From assembly GCA_035762345.1 (NCBI GenBank), contig DASTPE010000079.1, forward strand, positions 408-64,407: a stretch of DNA of 64,000 bases, in the 5' to 3' direction. Position 1 is the stretch's first letter. Every line of letters begins with the position of its first letter. Made by a program: the position numbers and the translations under genes. Source of the stretch: Burkholderiales bacterium. Its GTDB lineage: Bacteria > Pseudomonadota > Gammaproteobacteria > Burkholderiales > SG8-39. The notes below the pieces were generated by a model. That model was not told the DNA's origin. It made no database searches and saw only the letters and a program-made list of their open reading frames with translations. This document shows, piece by piece, positions 49,819 to 58,359 of the stretch.

Positions 49819-50183
49819 GCGAGAAGAACGTGCTCGGCGGCGATCTGCTCGCCTGCAGCTACGATCCGCTCACCGGCTATTTCCGCGACGGCTGCTGCGC
49901 GACCCACGGGCAGGAAGGCGTCGCGCATCTCGTCTGCGTGCAGGTGACGCGCGAGTTCCTGGAATTCAGCGTCGCGCGCGGTAATGACCTCGTCACGCCG
50001 CGGCCCGAGCTACGCTTCCGGGGCCTGCAGCACGGCAACCGCTGGTGCCTGCACGTGCTGCGGTGGATCGAGGCATGGGAGGCGGGGCGCGCGCCGCGCG
50101 TGATCCTCGAGGCGACGCACGAGGACGTGTTGAACTACGTGCCGCTGTCCGCGCTCAAGCGCTATGCGCTCGACTTGAACTAA
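49815..50183 (+). CDS. DUF2237-family protein
   Basis: MSEKNVLGGDLLACSYDPLTGYFRDGCCAT...GNDLVTPRPE...NRWCLHVLRW. ATGA overlap with thrC. Confidence 0.75.
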   Translation: MSEKNVLGGDLLACSYDPLTGYFRDGCCATHGQEGVAHLVCVQVTREFLEFSVARGNDLVTPRPELRFRGLQHGNRWCLHVLRWIEAWEAGRAPRVILEATHEDVLNYVPLSALKRYALDLN

Positions 50184-50904
50184 GCTTCGCCAGCGCCTCG
50201 CGGTCGAGGATCGAGATCTCGCGGCGCGAAACCTCGATCACGCCTCCGGCGGCGAACTGGCGCAGCAGGCGCGACAGGGTTTCCTTCTTCACTCCGAGCC
50301 GCGCCGCGACCAGCGTCTTGCTGACCGGCAGGCGCACGACCGTACCGCCGTTGCCGTCGCTGTTACCTTCGGGAGAGTTTGCAAGCGCGCCGAGGTACGA
50401 CGCCAGGCGCTGCGCGCCGCGCTGCATCGCAGACTCGACTTCGGCAAGCAACTCGAGCGCGTGCTCGGCGAGCAGCAGCGCCACTGCGCGTCCAAAGCGC
50501 GCATCGCGGTCCATGAGAGCGAAGATCGCCGCTACCGGGATCACGACGAGCTTCGAGTCGACGAGCGCGATCGCCCCGCTGTGGCTGGGGCGCCCGAGGA
50601 GCGAGGTCGCTTCGCCGAACGTTTGCCCCGCAGGGACGAGATGGAGCACGCGCTCCTCGCCGTCCTGGCCACGCAGGCTGAGCTTCACCGCGCCATAGGC
50701 AAGTCCGAACACTCCCGGCAGCCTCGCGCCGCGCTCCACGATGATCGTGCCCCGCGGGGCGCTTATCACCCAGCACTGCTTGATGAGCGAGCCGAGTTGG
50801 GCGGGGGCTACGTCACGGAAGATGCGCAGTCGCGGCACAAGCCCCTGCACGAGCCGCGCGTCCAGAACTGCACTAGCCACCGGGCGAACTACCATGTCGT
50901 TCAT
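50155..50904 (-). CDS. Crp/Fnr-family transcriptional regulator (no Fnr-type Cys cluster)
   Basis: Trimmed to MNDMVVRP (alternative ATG at 50895). cNMP-like beta-roll, and an HTH whose recognition helix KETLSRLL carries the E--SR motif of FNR/Dnr-class proteins. Only one Cys in the protein. Confidence 0.88.
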   Translation of the reverse strand: MNDMVVRPVASAVLDARLVQGLVPRLRIFRDVAPAQLGSLIKQCWVISAPRGTIIVERGARLPGVFGLAYGAVKLSLRGQDGEERVLHLVPAGQTFGEATSLLGRPSHSGAIALVDSKLVVIPVAAIFALMDRDARFGRAVALLLAEHALELLAEVESAMQRGAQRLASYLGALANSPEGNSDGNGGTVVRLPVSKTLVAARLGVKKETLSRLLRQFAAGGVIEVSRREISILDREALAKLSSSRAHSA

Positions 50905-50931
50905 ATATTGCACCGCAGCAGCGGCGCCATG

Positions 50932-50945
50932 TTGACTTAAATCAA
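50932..50945. promoter_or_regulatory. FNR/Dnr-type box TTGACTTAAATCAA
   Basis: Read directly. The box centre is about 43 nt upstream of the regulator's second ATG (50895) and 144 nt upstream of the decahaem gene. Confidence 0.6.
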
Positions 50946-50979
50946 CGATGTCAGTGTCGCCGCTATTTCGCCGAACACT

Positions 50980-50993
50980 TTGATTTAAGTCAA
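50980..50993. promoter_or_regulatory. FNR/Dnr-type box TTGATTTAAGTCAA (exact reverse complement of the box at 50932)
   Basis: Read directly. The centre lies 48 bp from the first box and about 96 nt upstream of the decahaem ATG. Confidence 0.6.
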
Positions 50994-51082
50994 CGGGCAC
51001 ATTCGATTTCGCAAGCCTGATGGGCACCGCATCGGCATCATCAGCGAAACGCCGTATCGGTTTGTGTTTGAGGGAGGACCGA

Positions 51083-52054
51083 ATGGTTATAAGAACCGCG
51101 GCCTGCATCGCCGCTGCCCTAGTCATCGCCAGCGTGCCGGCGCATGCGCAGGCACCGGCACCGCGGAAACCGGCTCCGGAAGCCGAGGTCTGCAAGAACT
51201 GCCACGCCGACTACGTCGAAAGCTACTTCAGGACGAAGCACGGCCAGGGCGGCAATGCCTTAGGTCCCGACTGCAAGACCTGCCACCTGAATTCAGAGGC
51301 GCACGCCGCCGCGGGCGGCGGCAAAGGTGCAGGCGGCATCCTCGGGTTCAATGACAGGGCCCAGCCTGCCGAGCGCAGGGCCGGCGTCTGCCTGAGCTGC
51401 CACCAAGGCAACCGCCACCTCGCGTTCTGGGACTCAGGCCAGCACCGCAAGCAGGACGTCGCGTGCAACGACTGCCATAGTCTGCACGGCACGCCCGGGC
51501 CGGGCTCAACTATCGCGCTGAAGGCGCCGAATCCCAAGGTCAGTCCCTACGTGACGACCGAGCGGCAGCTGCAGTACGAGACTTGCACGACTTGCCATCG
51601 GCAGATCCGCTCGCAGCTCCACAAGCCGTCGCATCACCCGATCATCGAAGGCAAGCTCAAATGCACCGACTGCCATAACCCGCACGGAGCGCTGTCCAAG
51701 GCCATGGTCAACGCCGAGTCGATCCCGCAGCTATGCACGACCTGCCATGCCGAGAAGCGCGGGCCGTACGTGTGGGGCCATCCGCCGGTCGAGGAGAACT
51801 GCCTGACCTGCCACAACCCGCACGGCTCGAACCATAACCGCCTCCTTGCGGAGAAGGCGCCGAACGTTTGCCAGGACTGCCATGACGCCTCGCGCCACCC
51901 CGGGACGATCTACGACGGAAGCGGCGGCTGGAACTTCTTCCCGCCGTCTACGGCACCGAACACCCGGCTCATCTCGCGCGGCTGCATCAACTGCCACTAC
52001 CACATCCACGGCAGCAATGCTCCCGCCATGCGGGGCAAGTTCTTCCTGCGATAG
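51083..52054 (+). CDS. periplasmic decahaem c-type cytochrome, MtrA/MtoA/PioA/DmsE family
   Basis: Signal peptide MVIRTAACIAAALVIASVPAHAQ. Ten CxxCH motifs (CKNCH CKTCH CLSCH CNDCH CTTCH CTDCH CTTCH CLTCH CQDCH CINCH). About 320 aa. GAGGGAGGA lies before the ATG. Confidence 0.9.
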   Translation: MVIRTAACIAAALVIASVPAHAQAPAPRKPAPEAEVCKNCHADYVESYFRTKHGQGGNALGPDCKTCHLNSEAHAAAGGGKGAGGILGFNDRAQPAERRAGVCLSCHQGNRHLAFWDSGQHRKQDVACNDCHSLHGTPGPGSTIALKAPNPKVSPYVTTERQLQYETCTTCHRQIRSQLHKPSHHPIIEGKLKCTDCHNPHGALSKAMVNAESIPQLCTTCHAEKRGPYVWGHPPVEENCLTCHNPHGSNHNRLLAEKAPNVCQDCHDASRHPGTIYDGSGGWNFFPPSTAPNTRLISRGCINCHYHIHGSNAPAMRGKFFLR

Positions 52055-52063
52055 GAGGCGGAC

Positions 52064-54184
52064 ATGAAACCTAGACTCCTCTCGGTCCTGGTCGCAAATC
52101 TCTTCGTCGCCGCCGCACCTGCGCTCGCCCAGGACGCGATGGAAGTGTCCGGGTCGGTGAGCGCAGGAATCCGCTATATCGATAACAACGCGGCCGATCC
52201 CTCGAAGTTCACCGAGTACCGCGACCTGGAAGACGGCACCTCGGGTATTTTCGGGTTCGAGTTTCGCGGCCGCAGCCAGAACAATTATTTCAATGCCTAC
52301 GGCGAGAATCTCGGGAACGACGACCAGTACCTTGACTTGAATGGCGGCCGCTACCAGACGTTCAAGTACCGCATCTACAGCGACCACCTGCGGCACAACC
52401 TCGGCTCGGGCCCGGGCGCGCTTTCCCCCTTCTCCGGAATCGGCGGTGCAACTATCACTGCGCCTTTCCCCCTGCCCGCGGTGGGAACGTGGAACAGCTT
52501 TGACCATGCCTACAAGCGCCGTGATACCGGCGGCATGTTCGAATGGCAGAAGGCTTCGCCGTGGTATTTCCGCGTCGACGCGAACGAGATCCGGCGAGAT
52601 GGCATCAACGTTTATGCCGGGGCGAACGGGACGAGCCCGGGCAACGGCTTCACCGACCTGCCGGTGCCGATCGACTGGCTGACGCGCAACTACGCGGCCG
52701 AGGTCGGCTACTCGACCAAGCGCGGACATATGGCGGTCAACCTCAGCTACAGCACGTTCGAGAACGAGAACCAAGTGCTGCGCTGGTCGAACCGCTTTTT
52801 CGCCAACGGCCTGGACACCACGGTGCTGCCGCCGGATAACGACCTCATCCGCGTCGCGGTCAACGGCAACCTGAGACAGCTGCCGATCGATTCGACCCTC
52901 GCGGGGCGGTTCACCTACAGCAAGCTGACCAATTCCGTCCCGATGCAGCTCAACATGCTTTCCACCGGCGGCGCGTTCCCGGCCACGAATCCGAGCCAGG
53001 GTAACTTCGAGGGCGACGTCGTCAAGTACACCCTCGGGCTGGCGTTCAACTCCCGACCGACCCAGGCGCTCGACACCAAGGTCTATTACAACTGGATCAA
53101 GGAAGAGAACGACTCGACGCACATGAACTTCGTGCCGGGGACCGGTCTCACCGGCGGGACGTGCACGACTGTCGATTGCTCGAACCATCTCTTCGGGTAC
53201 GAAAAGCACCAGATCGGAGCCGAAGCGGGCTACCGCCTGACGCGTGCGAACAAGTTCACCGGCGGGCTCGAATGGACCGATATCGATCGCGAGCGCGAGG
53301 ATTTCGACCACAACGAAGAGTGGCGCGCGTTCGTCGAGTGGAAGAACAGCTCGTTCGACTGGATGACGTCGCGGATCAAGTACCAGTACATGGAGCGCAC
53401 TGGGGATTTCAACCCGAACATCCCCGTGCTTACCCAGAATCCCATGGATCTCTTCGTGCGGCGTTTCGACGTCGCGAACGTAGAGCAGAACCTGGTCAAG
53501 CTCGCCCTCGACTTCGCCCCGGCGCCGCTGTTCGACATCGGCGTCGAGGCGATCTACAAGGAGAACAAGTACAAGGACACGATCCTCGGCCGCACCGAGG
53601 ATACGCGCCACGAGCTTTACGGCAGCGTAAGCTACGGCGATCCGAAGAGGTGGCGGGTGCATCTCTTCGGTGACATCGAATACGTCAAGTTCGACTCGTT
53701 CCACCGCGTCGGCACCGGAAATCCCGATCCGGGTTCAGGATCGAACGCCACCACTTTCAACTGGGCTTCGAAGAACGAAGACGACTCCTGGCAGGTCGGC
53801 ATCGGCGCCGACTGGGCGGCGCTGCCGCGCCTGATGATCAAGGCCTCGCTCATCTACGCCGAGACCGATGGGCACACGGACTTTACGGTCGCGCCCGGCG
53901 GCCCGACGACCCCGTTCGCGCCGATCGAAGCGAGCGACGACACGACGCGGGTCTCGTTCAATCTCAAGGGGATCTATCAGCTCGACCGGCAGTGGGAGCT
54001 TACGGCCGGCTATGCCTACGAGAAATATCGCTATAGCGACATCGCCTACGACAATACGCGGTACGTGGCTCCCTTGCCGCCCGCAGGCCTTACTAACACT
54101 GCCTCGAGCATCGTCACCGGGCAGTTCTCGTTCCAGAACTACGAAGCGCACATCGCCTACCTCGTCGCGAAGTATCGCTTCTAG
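52064..54184 (+). CDS. MtrB/MtoB/PioB-family outer-membrane porin for the decahaem cytochrome
   Basis: 706 aa. Signal peptide ...AAAPALAQD. Gly/Asn/Tyr-rich amphipathic strand pattern throughout, C-terminal ...YLVAKYRF, and position directly after the decahaem gene. Confidence 0.85.
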   Translation: MKPRLLSVLVANLFVAAAPALAQDAMEVSGSVSAGIRYIDNNAADPSKFTEYRDLEDGTSGIFGFEFRGRSQNNYFNAYGENLGNDDQYLDLNGGRYQTFKYRIYSDHLRHNLGSGPGALSPFSGIGGATITAPFPLPAVGTWNSFDHAYKRRDTGGMFEWQKASPWYFRVDANEIRRDGINVYAGANGTSPGNGFTDLPVPIDWLTRNYAAEVGYSTKRGHMAVNLSYSTFENENQVLRWSNRFFANGLDTTVLPPDNDLIRVAVNGNLRQLPIDSTLAGRFTYSKLTNSVPMQLNMLSTGGAFPATNPSQGNFEGDVVKYTLGLAFNSRPTQALDTKVYYNWIKEENDSTHMNFVPGTGLTGGTCTTVDCSNHLFGYEKHQIGAEAGYRLTRANKFTGGLEWTDIDREREDFDHNEEWRAFVEWKNSSFDWMTSRIKYQYMERTGDFNPNIPVLTQNPMDLFVRRFDVANVEQNLVKLALDFAPAPLFDIGVEAIYKENKYKDTILGRTEDTRHELYGSVSYGDPKRWRVHLFGDIEYVKFDSFHRVGTGNPDPGSGSNATTFNWASKNEDDSWQVGIGADWAALPRLMIKASLIYAETDGHTDFTVAPGGPTTPFAPIEASDDTTRVSFNLKGIYQLDRQWELTAGYAYEKYRYSDIAYDNTRYVAPLPPAGLTNTASSIVTGQFSFQNYEAHIAYLVAKYRF

Positions 54185-54196
54185 TCCCCGCGTCGC

Positions 54197-54222
54197 GGCC
54201 CGGGTGGTCAACCGCCCGGGCC
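54197..54222 (+). promoter_or_regulatory. intercistronic GC stem-loop (8-bp perfect stem)
   Basis: GGCCCGGGtggtcaaccgCCCGGGCC, 13 nt after the porin stop. No T-run follows. TTATACAAT follows at about 54232. Confidence 0.45.
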
Positions 54223-54272
54223 CACGATGCGTTATACAATCCAATCGGCTCTACACCCCGGAGGGAGACTTC

Positions 54273-54554
54273 ATGAAAGCAAGCGTGCTTGTGATTGCCG
54301 CTGCGGCGGCGCTGGCGGCGGGTGCGGCGTATGCCCAGTCGGGCGCGGACGTGCTCAAGTCGAAGGGCTGTCTGAACTGCCACGAGGCCGACAAGAAGAA
54401 GGTCGGGCCTGCGTTCAAGGACATCGCGGCCAAGCAGAAGGGCAAGCAGGCCGAGCTGGTCGCGAAGCTAAAGGAAGGCAAGGGCCACCCGAAGATCGCC
54501 GCGTCGGACGCCGAGCTGAACGCTGCCGTGCAGGCGGTCCTCGCGACAAAATAG
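54273..54554 (+). CDS. MtoD-like class I monohaem cytochrome c (no Met in mature protein)
   Basis: Signal peptide MKASVLVIAAAAALAAGAAYAQS, a single CLNCH and a GKGHPK segment. The mature sequence contains no methionine. Confidence 0.85.
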   Translation: MKASVLVIAAAAALAAGAAYAQSGADVLKSKGCLNCHEADKKKVGPAFKDIAAKQKGKQAELVAKLKEGKGHPKIAASDAELNAAVQAVLATK

Positions 54555-54572
54555 TCTGAGAAGCGCCGCCGC

Positions 54573-55199
54573 TTGGATTCCCGGGTCGCACTCATAGCGC
54601 TCGCCGCGTCGGCGGCGCTCGTCATGCCTCAGCAGAGTGCGGCACAGGCGCGCAGCGGCAAGGAAGTCGTCGAGTCCACCTGCATTACCTGTCACGGCAG
54701 CGGCGCGCAGGGCGCGCCGAAGATCGGCGACCGCAAGGCCTGGAGCCAGCGCGCCAACCAGGGCTTGTCGAGCCTTACGCTGAGCGCGATCAAGGGGATC
54801 CGCAACATGCCGCCGCACGGCGGCAACACGGGTCTCACCGATCTCGAGCTCGCCCGCGGCGTCGCCTACATGGTGAACGCCTCGGGCGGCAAGTGGACCG
54901 AGCCTGCGAGCGCTACCGAGCTCAAGGCCGAGCGCGGCGGCGCGCAGGTGGTGAAGGCTCAGTGCTCCAAATGCCACCAGGACGGCAAGGGCGGGGCGCC
55001 GAAAATCGGCGATCGCGAAGCGTGGAGCAAGCGCCTCAACCAGGGAATCGACCGGGCGGTGAGCTCGGCGATCCACGGCCACGGCGGCATGCCGCCGCGC
55101 GGCGACAAGGCCGACCTGACCGACGGCGAAGTACGCGCCGCGATCCTCTACATGTTCAATCCGAAGACGCCGCCCAAGGCCGAGGCGAAGAAGAAGTAA
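54573..55199 (+). CDS. dihaem cytochrome c5-type protein
   Basis: Signal peptide. Two repeats of C(I/S)(T/K)CH...GAPKIGD(R)(K/E)AWSxR...MPP(H/R)G. Confidence 0.85.
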   Translation: MDSRVALIALAASAALVMPQQSAAQARSGKEVVESTCITCHGSGAQGAPKIGDRKAWSQRANQGLSSLTLSAIKGIRNMPPHGGNTGLTDLELARGVAYMVNASGGKWTEPASATELKAERGGAQVVKAQCSKCHQDGKGGAPKIGDREAWSKRLNQGIDRAVSSAIHGHGGMPPRGDKADLTDGEVRAAILYMFNPKTPPKAEAKKK

Positions 55200-55204
55200 G
55201 GCGG

Positions 55205-56341
55205 TTACTTGGCCGGCTGCGCGGCGTAGGTCGCGGACAGGCTTTCGATGATGCTGTCGCTGTAGGGCAGGCTCATCTTGTGCATCATCGAACTCTCGCG
55301 CCTGTCGTCCCGATAGGCTCTCAGTGCCATGATCAGGTAGTCCCGGTCCTGCCCTTTGATCTTGGGTACGACCATGCCCGGGATCTCGGCCTCTGCGCCA
55401 TGGCAGCGCTCGCAGCGCTCGGTGAGGTCTTTGACCAGGGTCTGGCCTTTCTCCGCAGCTTTCGATTTCTGCACCGAATAGAACGCGGCGATGTTCTGGA
55501 TGTCCTTTTCGCTCAGCCCGGTGACGTAGAGGCGCATGTTCTCCCGCTTGCGGGTCGTGCGGTAGGCCTTGATGGCGTCGACGAGGTAGCGCGCGTCCTG
55601 CCCCGCGAGGCTTGGCGTGCTGGTGTCGGTGCTTACGCCGTTCGCGCCGTGACATCCACCGCATACAGCGCTTAAAGGCTCGCCCGCCACCGGGTCGCCG
55701 AAAGCCGACACGCCGCGAGGCGTCGGCGCTTGGGAGGCGAAATAAAGCGCGAGGCTCTCCATGTCGAGCCTGGACATGCCCGGCAACAGGGCGTGCATTG
55801 GCGCCGCCTTGCGCTCCTTCTTCAGGTATTCCTGGATTGCGATGACGAGGTACTGCGGTTGCTGGCCGGCCAGGCTCGGCGTTCCGGAAATCTTGCTGTT
55901 GCCGTCGTCGCCATGGCACTTGGCGCAGGCGCTCGCCAGGGCCTTGCCCCGGTCATACGGGGAAACCTGCGTCGCGTCCTTTGCGGCGCCGGAGTCGACG
56001 GGCGGCAGGCTCGCGTAGTAAGCGGCGAGGTTGACTGCGTCCGGGTCGCTCATGTGCGCCGCGATTTCCCTCAGCGCCGCGTGCGTGCGCTTGCCTTCCT
56101 TGTAGGCCTTCAGCGCCGCCACGAGGTAGCGCTCGCGCTGAGCCGCCAGGTGCGGAATGGCCGGCGCGGTGCCTTTGCCGTCCAAGCCGTGGCATGCCTT
56201 GCATTCGCGCTCGGCGAAGGCCTTGCCCGCGGCAAGATCCACCGGGACCGGCTTCCCGACTCCCGCTTTCGTTGGCGCGGAATCCTGGTCGGTGCAGCCG
56301 AGCAGCGCGATCAATAGCAACCCCAGCTTGAGACTTTTCAT
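55205..56341 (-). CDS. tetrahaem c4-type cytochrome lipoprotein (four class I domains)
   Basis: Start at MKSLKLGLLLIALLGC (lipobox; GAGGAA 4 nt upstream). Motifs CKACH, CAKCH, CGGCH and CERCH, each followed by P(S/H)LAGQ...YL...Y..G.R. Confidence 0.85.
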   Translation of the reverse strand: MKSLKLGLLLIALLGCTDQDSAPTKAGVGKPVPVDLAAGKAFAERECKACHGLDGKGTAPAIPHLAAQRERYLVAALKAYKEGKRTHAALREIAAHMSDPDAVNLAAYYASLPPVDSGAAKDATQVSPYDRGKALASACAKCHGDDGNSKISGTPSLAGQQPQYLVIAIQEYLKKERKAAPMHALLPGMSRLDMESLALYFASQAPTPRGVSAFGDPVAGEPLSAVCGGCHGANGVSTDTSTPSLAGQDARYLVDAIKAYRTTRKRENMRLYVTGLSEKDIQNIAAFYSVQKSKAAEKGQTLVKDLTERCERCHGAEAEIPGMVVPKIKGQDRDYLIMALRAYRDDRRESSMMHKMSLPYSDSIIESLSATYAAQPAK

Positions 56342-56362
56342 GGATTCCTCGAGCACGATTGG

Positions 56363-57166
56363 TCAGCCGACGTCGGTAGCCTCGCCTTCCTGCCTCTGCA
56401 GGACCACCGATGGCGGATGGGAGAACCACATCTGGTACATCGACACCACCCACATGAAGGCGAATGACAGGCCCATCAGGGCGCCGCCGGCGATCACCAC
56501 CCAGGCGAACGGGTGGTACACCTTGGTGAAGTACCACGACCCGATGTCCATCGTGAGAGCGACGAACGGGAACGCGACGACGGTGCACTTGAACCAGACC
56601 GGCCGCACATAGGCGTGGCTGAAAATTGTTCCGAGGATGAAAAAGACAAAAGTCAGGCCGAAGAAGTGGATGTGCGAGACGCGCACGAGCGTGAAGAGGG
56701 CCGTACCGGTATCGCGCTCGATGACTTTCTGTACGTTGTCGTAGCCGTTCAGGTTCGGCAGGTGCGGATTGCTACCGTCGTGGCACGCCAGGCAGCGCCG
56801 GTCGAACGTCGTGCGGATCTCCTTTTCGTAGCGCGCGCGCTCGCCGCCTTCCTGCGCCCAGGAGACGAGCGTTGTGAGCTCCTCGCGTGGCAGCATTCCC
56901 GCCATCGATCCGCGCAGCGCCGCTTCGAGGCGCGAGCCCTTGCCGCTGCCGCTGTACGCGATCACCACGTCCTCGTAGGACAGCGTACGCGGATTGCCGT
57001 CCTTGCCGGAGTAGGTGTGGAACAAGTAAATCATGGCGAAGAGGTACGCAGTCCCGAGGATCAGCAAGGTCGCCGTATACAGCACGCGCAGGCTGTACGG
57101 CAGCTCCGAGAAATGCCGATAAAGGCGGTGCAGCGGCACGTCATTCACATTCGCGTCCTTTTTCAC
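56363..57166 (-). CDS. integral membrane protein with one CxxCH in a soluble loop (uncharacterised)
   Basis: GTG start overlapping the upstream stop (GTGA). One TM segment, then a roughly 110-aa loop containing RRCLACHDGSNPHLPNL, then three or four further TM segments. 267 aa. Confidence 0.7.
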   Translation of the reverse strand: MKKDANVNDVPLHRLYRHFSELPYSLRVLYTATLLILGTAYLFAMIYLFHTYSGKDGNPRTLSYEDVVIAYSGSGKGSRLEAALRGSMAGMLPREELTTLVSWAQEGGERARYEKEIRTTFDRRCLACHDGSNPHLPNLNGYDNVQKVIERDTGTALFTLVRVSHIHFFGLTFVFFILGTIFSHAYVRPVWFKCTVVAFPFVALTMDIGSWYFTKVYHPFAWVVIAGGALMGLSFAFMWVVSMYQMWFSHPPSVVLQRQEGEATDVG

Positions 57167-58359
57167 TTGCCGGCTTTCTTGCCCGCGGGTGCCGGCACGA
57201 TCACGTAAGTCACGGCACGGGCGGTCTGGCGCGCATAGTGGGCCGAGATATCCTTCACATCGCTCTCGCTCATTAATGCGGACATGGCGGCCATGGCCGT
57301 ACTCTTGCGCGCCCCCTTGCGGTAGTCGTGCAGCACCTGCTCGAGCCAGTCGGCGCGCTGCGCGGCGAGGCGCGGCATGAGCGGGTCGGTGCTGTTGCCG
57401 TTGGGACCGTGGCAGCGGTCGCAGCGCTCCGACCACTCAGCAAGCGTCAGCGGGCGGCGTACGTTGAGCGGCTGTGGCTGCTGGGCCGCGTAGTAGGCCG
57501 CGATGTCGTGCATCGCCTTCTCGTTGAGATCCGCCGCCGCTCCCTTCATCGATTCGTCCTTGCGCGAGCCGTCCTTGTACGCCTGGGTGGCAGCCGCCAG
57601 GTACTGCGCGTCCTGGCCGGCGAGGCTCGGTGTCGCCGGATTTCCGCTGACTCCCTGATCGCCGTGACAGGCGCCGCAGGCCGCCGCAGCCTTCTTGCCC
57701 GCTGCTGCGTCGCCGACGGCAGGGGTCTGCGCCCGAGCGGGTTTTTGTAGTGCATAGAAGAGCGCCAAGTTGCCCAGGTCGGCGTCGCTCACGCCCGCGG
57801 CCAGTGCCTTCATCATGTCGTTAGGGCGCTGGCCGCTCTTGTAGGCTGCCATCGCCGCAATAAGATACTTCGGATCGAGAGCGACCAGGCTCGGCATGCC
57901 GGGCATCGCGCTGACGCCGGCCTCTCCGTGGCAGGCTCCACAGGCCGCAGCCGCCGCCTTGCCCGCCTGCAACGGATCGGATTTGGCCGCAGCCGCTTTG
58001 CCGGGTGCCGCCGCGGGACGCGGCGGATCGAGGCTCGCGTAGTAGGCCGCCACTTTGACGAGCGCATCGTCGCTCAAGTACCGCACGATTCCGGTCATGG
58101 CGCCCTGCACGCGAGCGCCATGGCGATAGGCCCGTAGCTGGAGGTCGAGATACGCCGCGCGCTGCGCGGCGAGGTGCGGCACGCCCTTGGTTGCGCTTAC
58201 TCCGTTCGCGCCGTGACAGCGTGCGCAGGAGGCTTCCGCGATGCGCTTGCCCTCCGCGATCTCGACCGTCGTGGCATACACGGCCCGAAGCTCGTCCTCT
58301 GCAGGACTTGCGGCGAGTGCCGCAGTGCTGACCAGCAAGCCCGCCCACAGGATCTTCAT
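57163..58359 (-). CDS. tetrahaem c4-type cytochrome (four class I domains)
   Basis: C-terminal 398 aa of track ORF 57163..59466. Signal peptide MKILWAGLLVSTAALAAS. Motifs CARCH, CGACH, CGACH and CDRCH. ATGA overlap with the NrfD-like gene. Confidence 0.85.
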   Translation of the reverse strand: MKILWAGLLVSTAALAASPAEDELRAVYATTVEIAEGKRIAEASCARCHGANGVSATKGVPHLAAQRAAYLDLQLRAYRHGARVQGAMTGIVRYLSDDALVKVAAYYASLDPPRPAAAPGKAAAAKSDPLQAGKAAAAACGACHGEAGVSAMPGMPSLVALDPKYLIAAMAAYKSGQRPNDMMKALAAGVSDADLGNLALFYALQKPARAQTPAVGDAAAGKKAAAACGACHGDQGVSGNPATPSLAGQDAQYLAAATQAYKDGSRKDESMKGAAADLNEKAMHDIAAYYAAQQPQPLNVRRPLTLAEWSERCDRCHGPNGNSTDPLMPRLAAQRADWLEQVLHDYRKGARKSTAMAAMSALMSESDVKDISAHYARQTARAVTYVIVPAPAGKKAGK

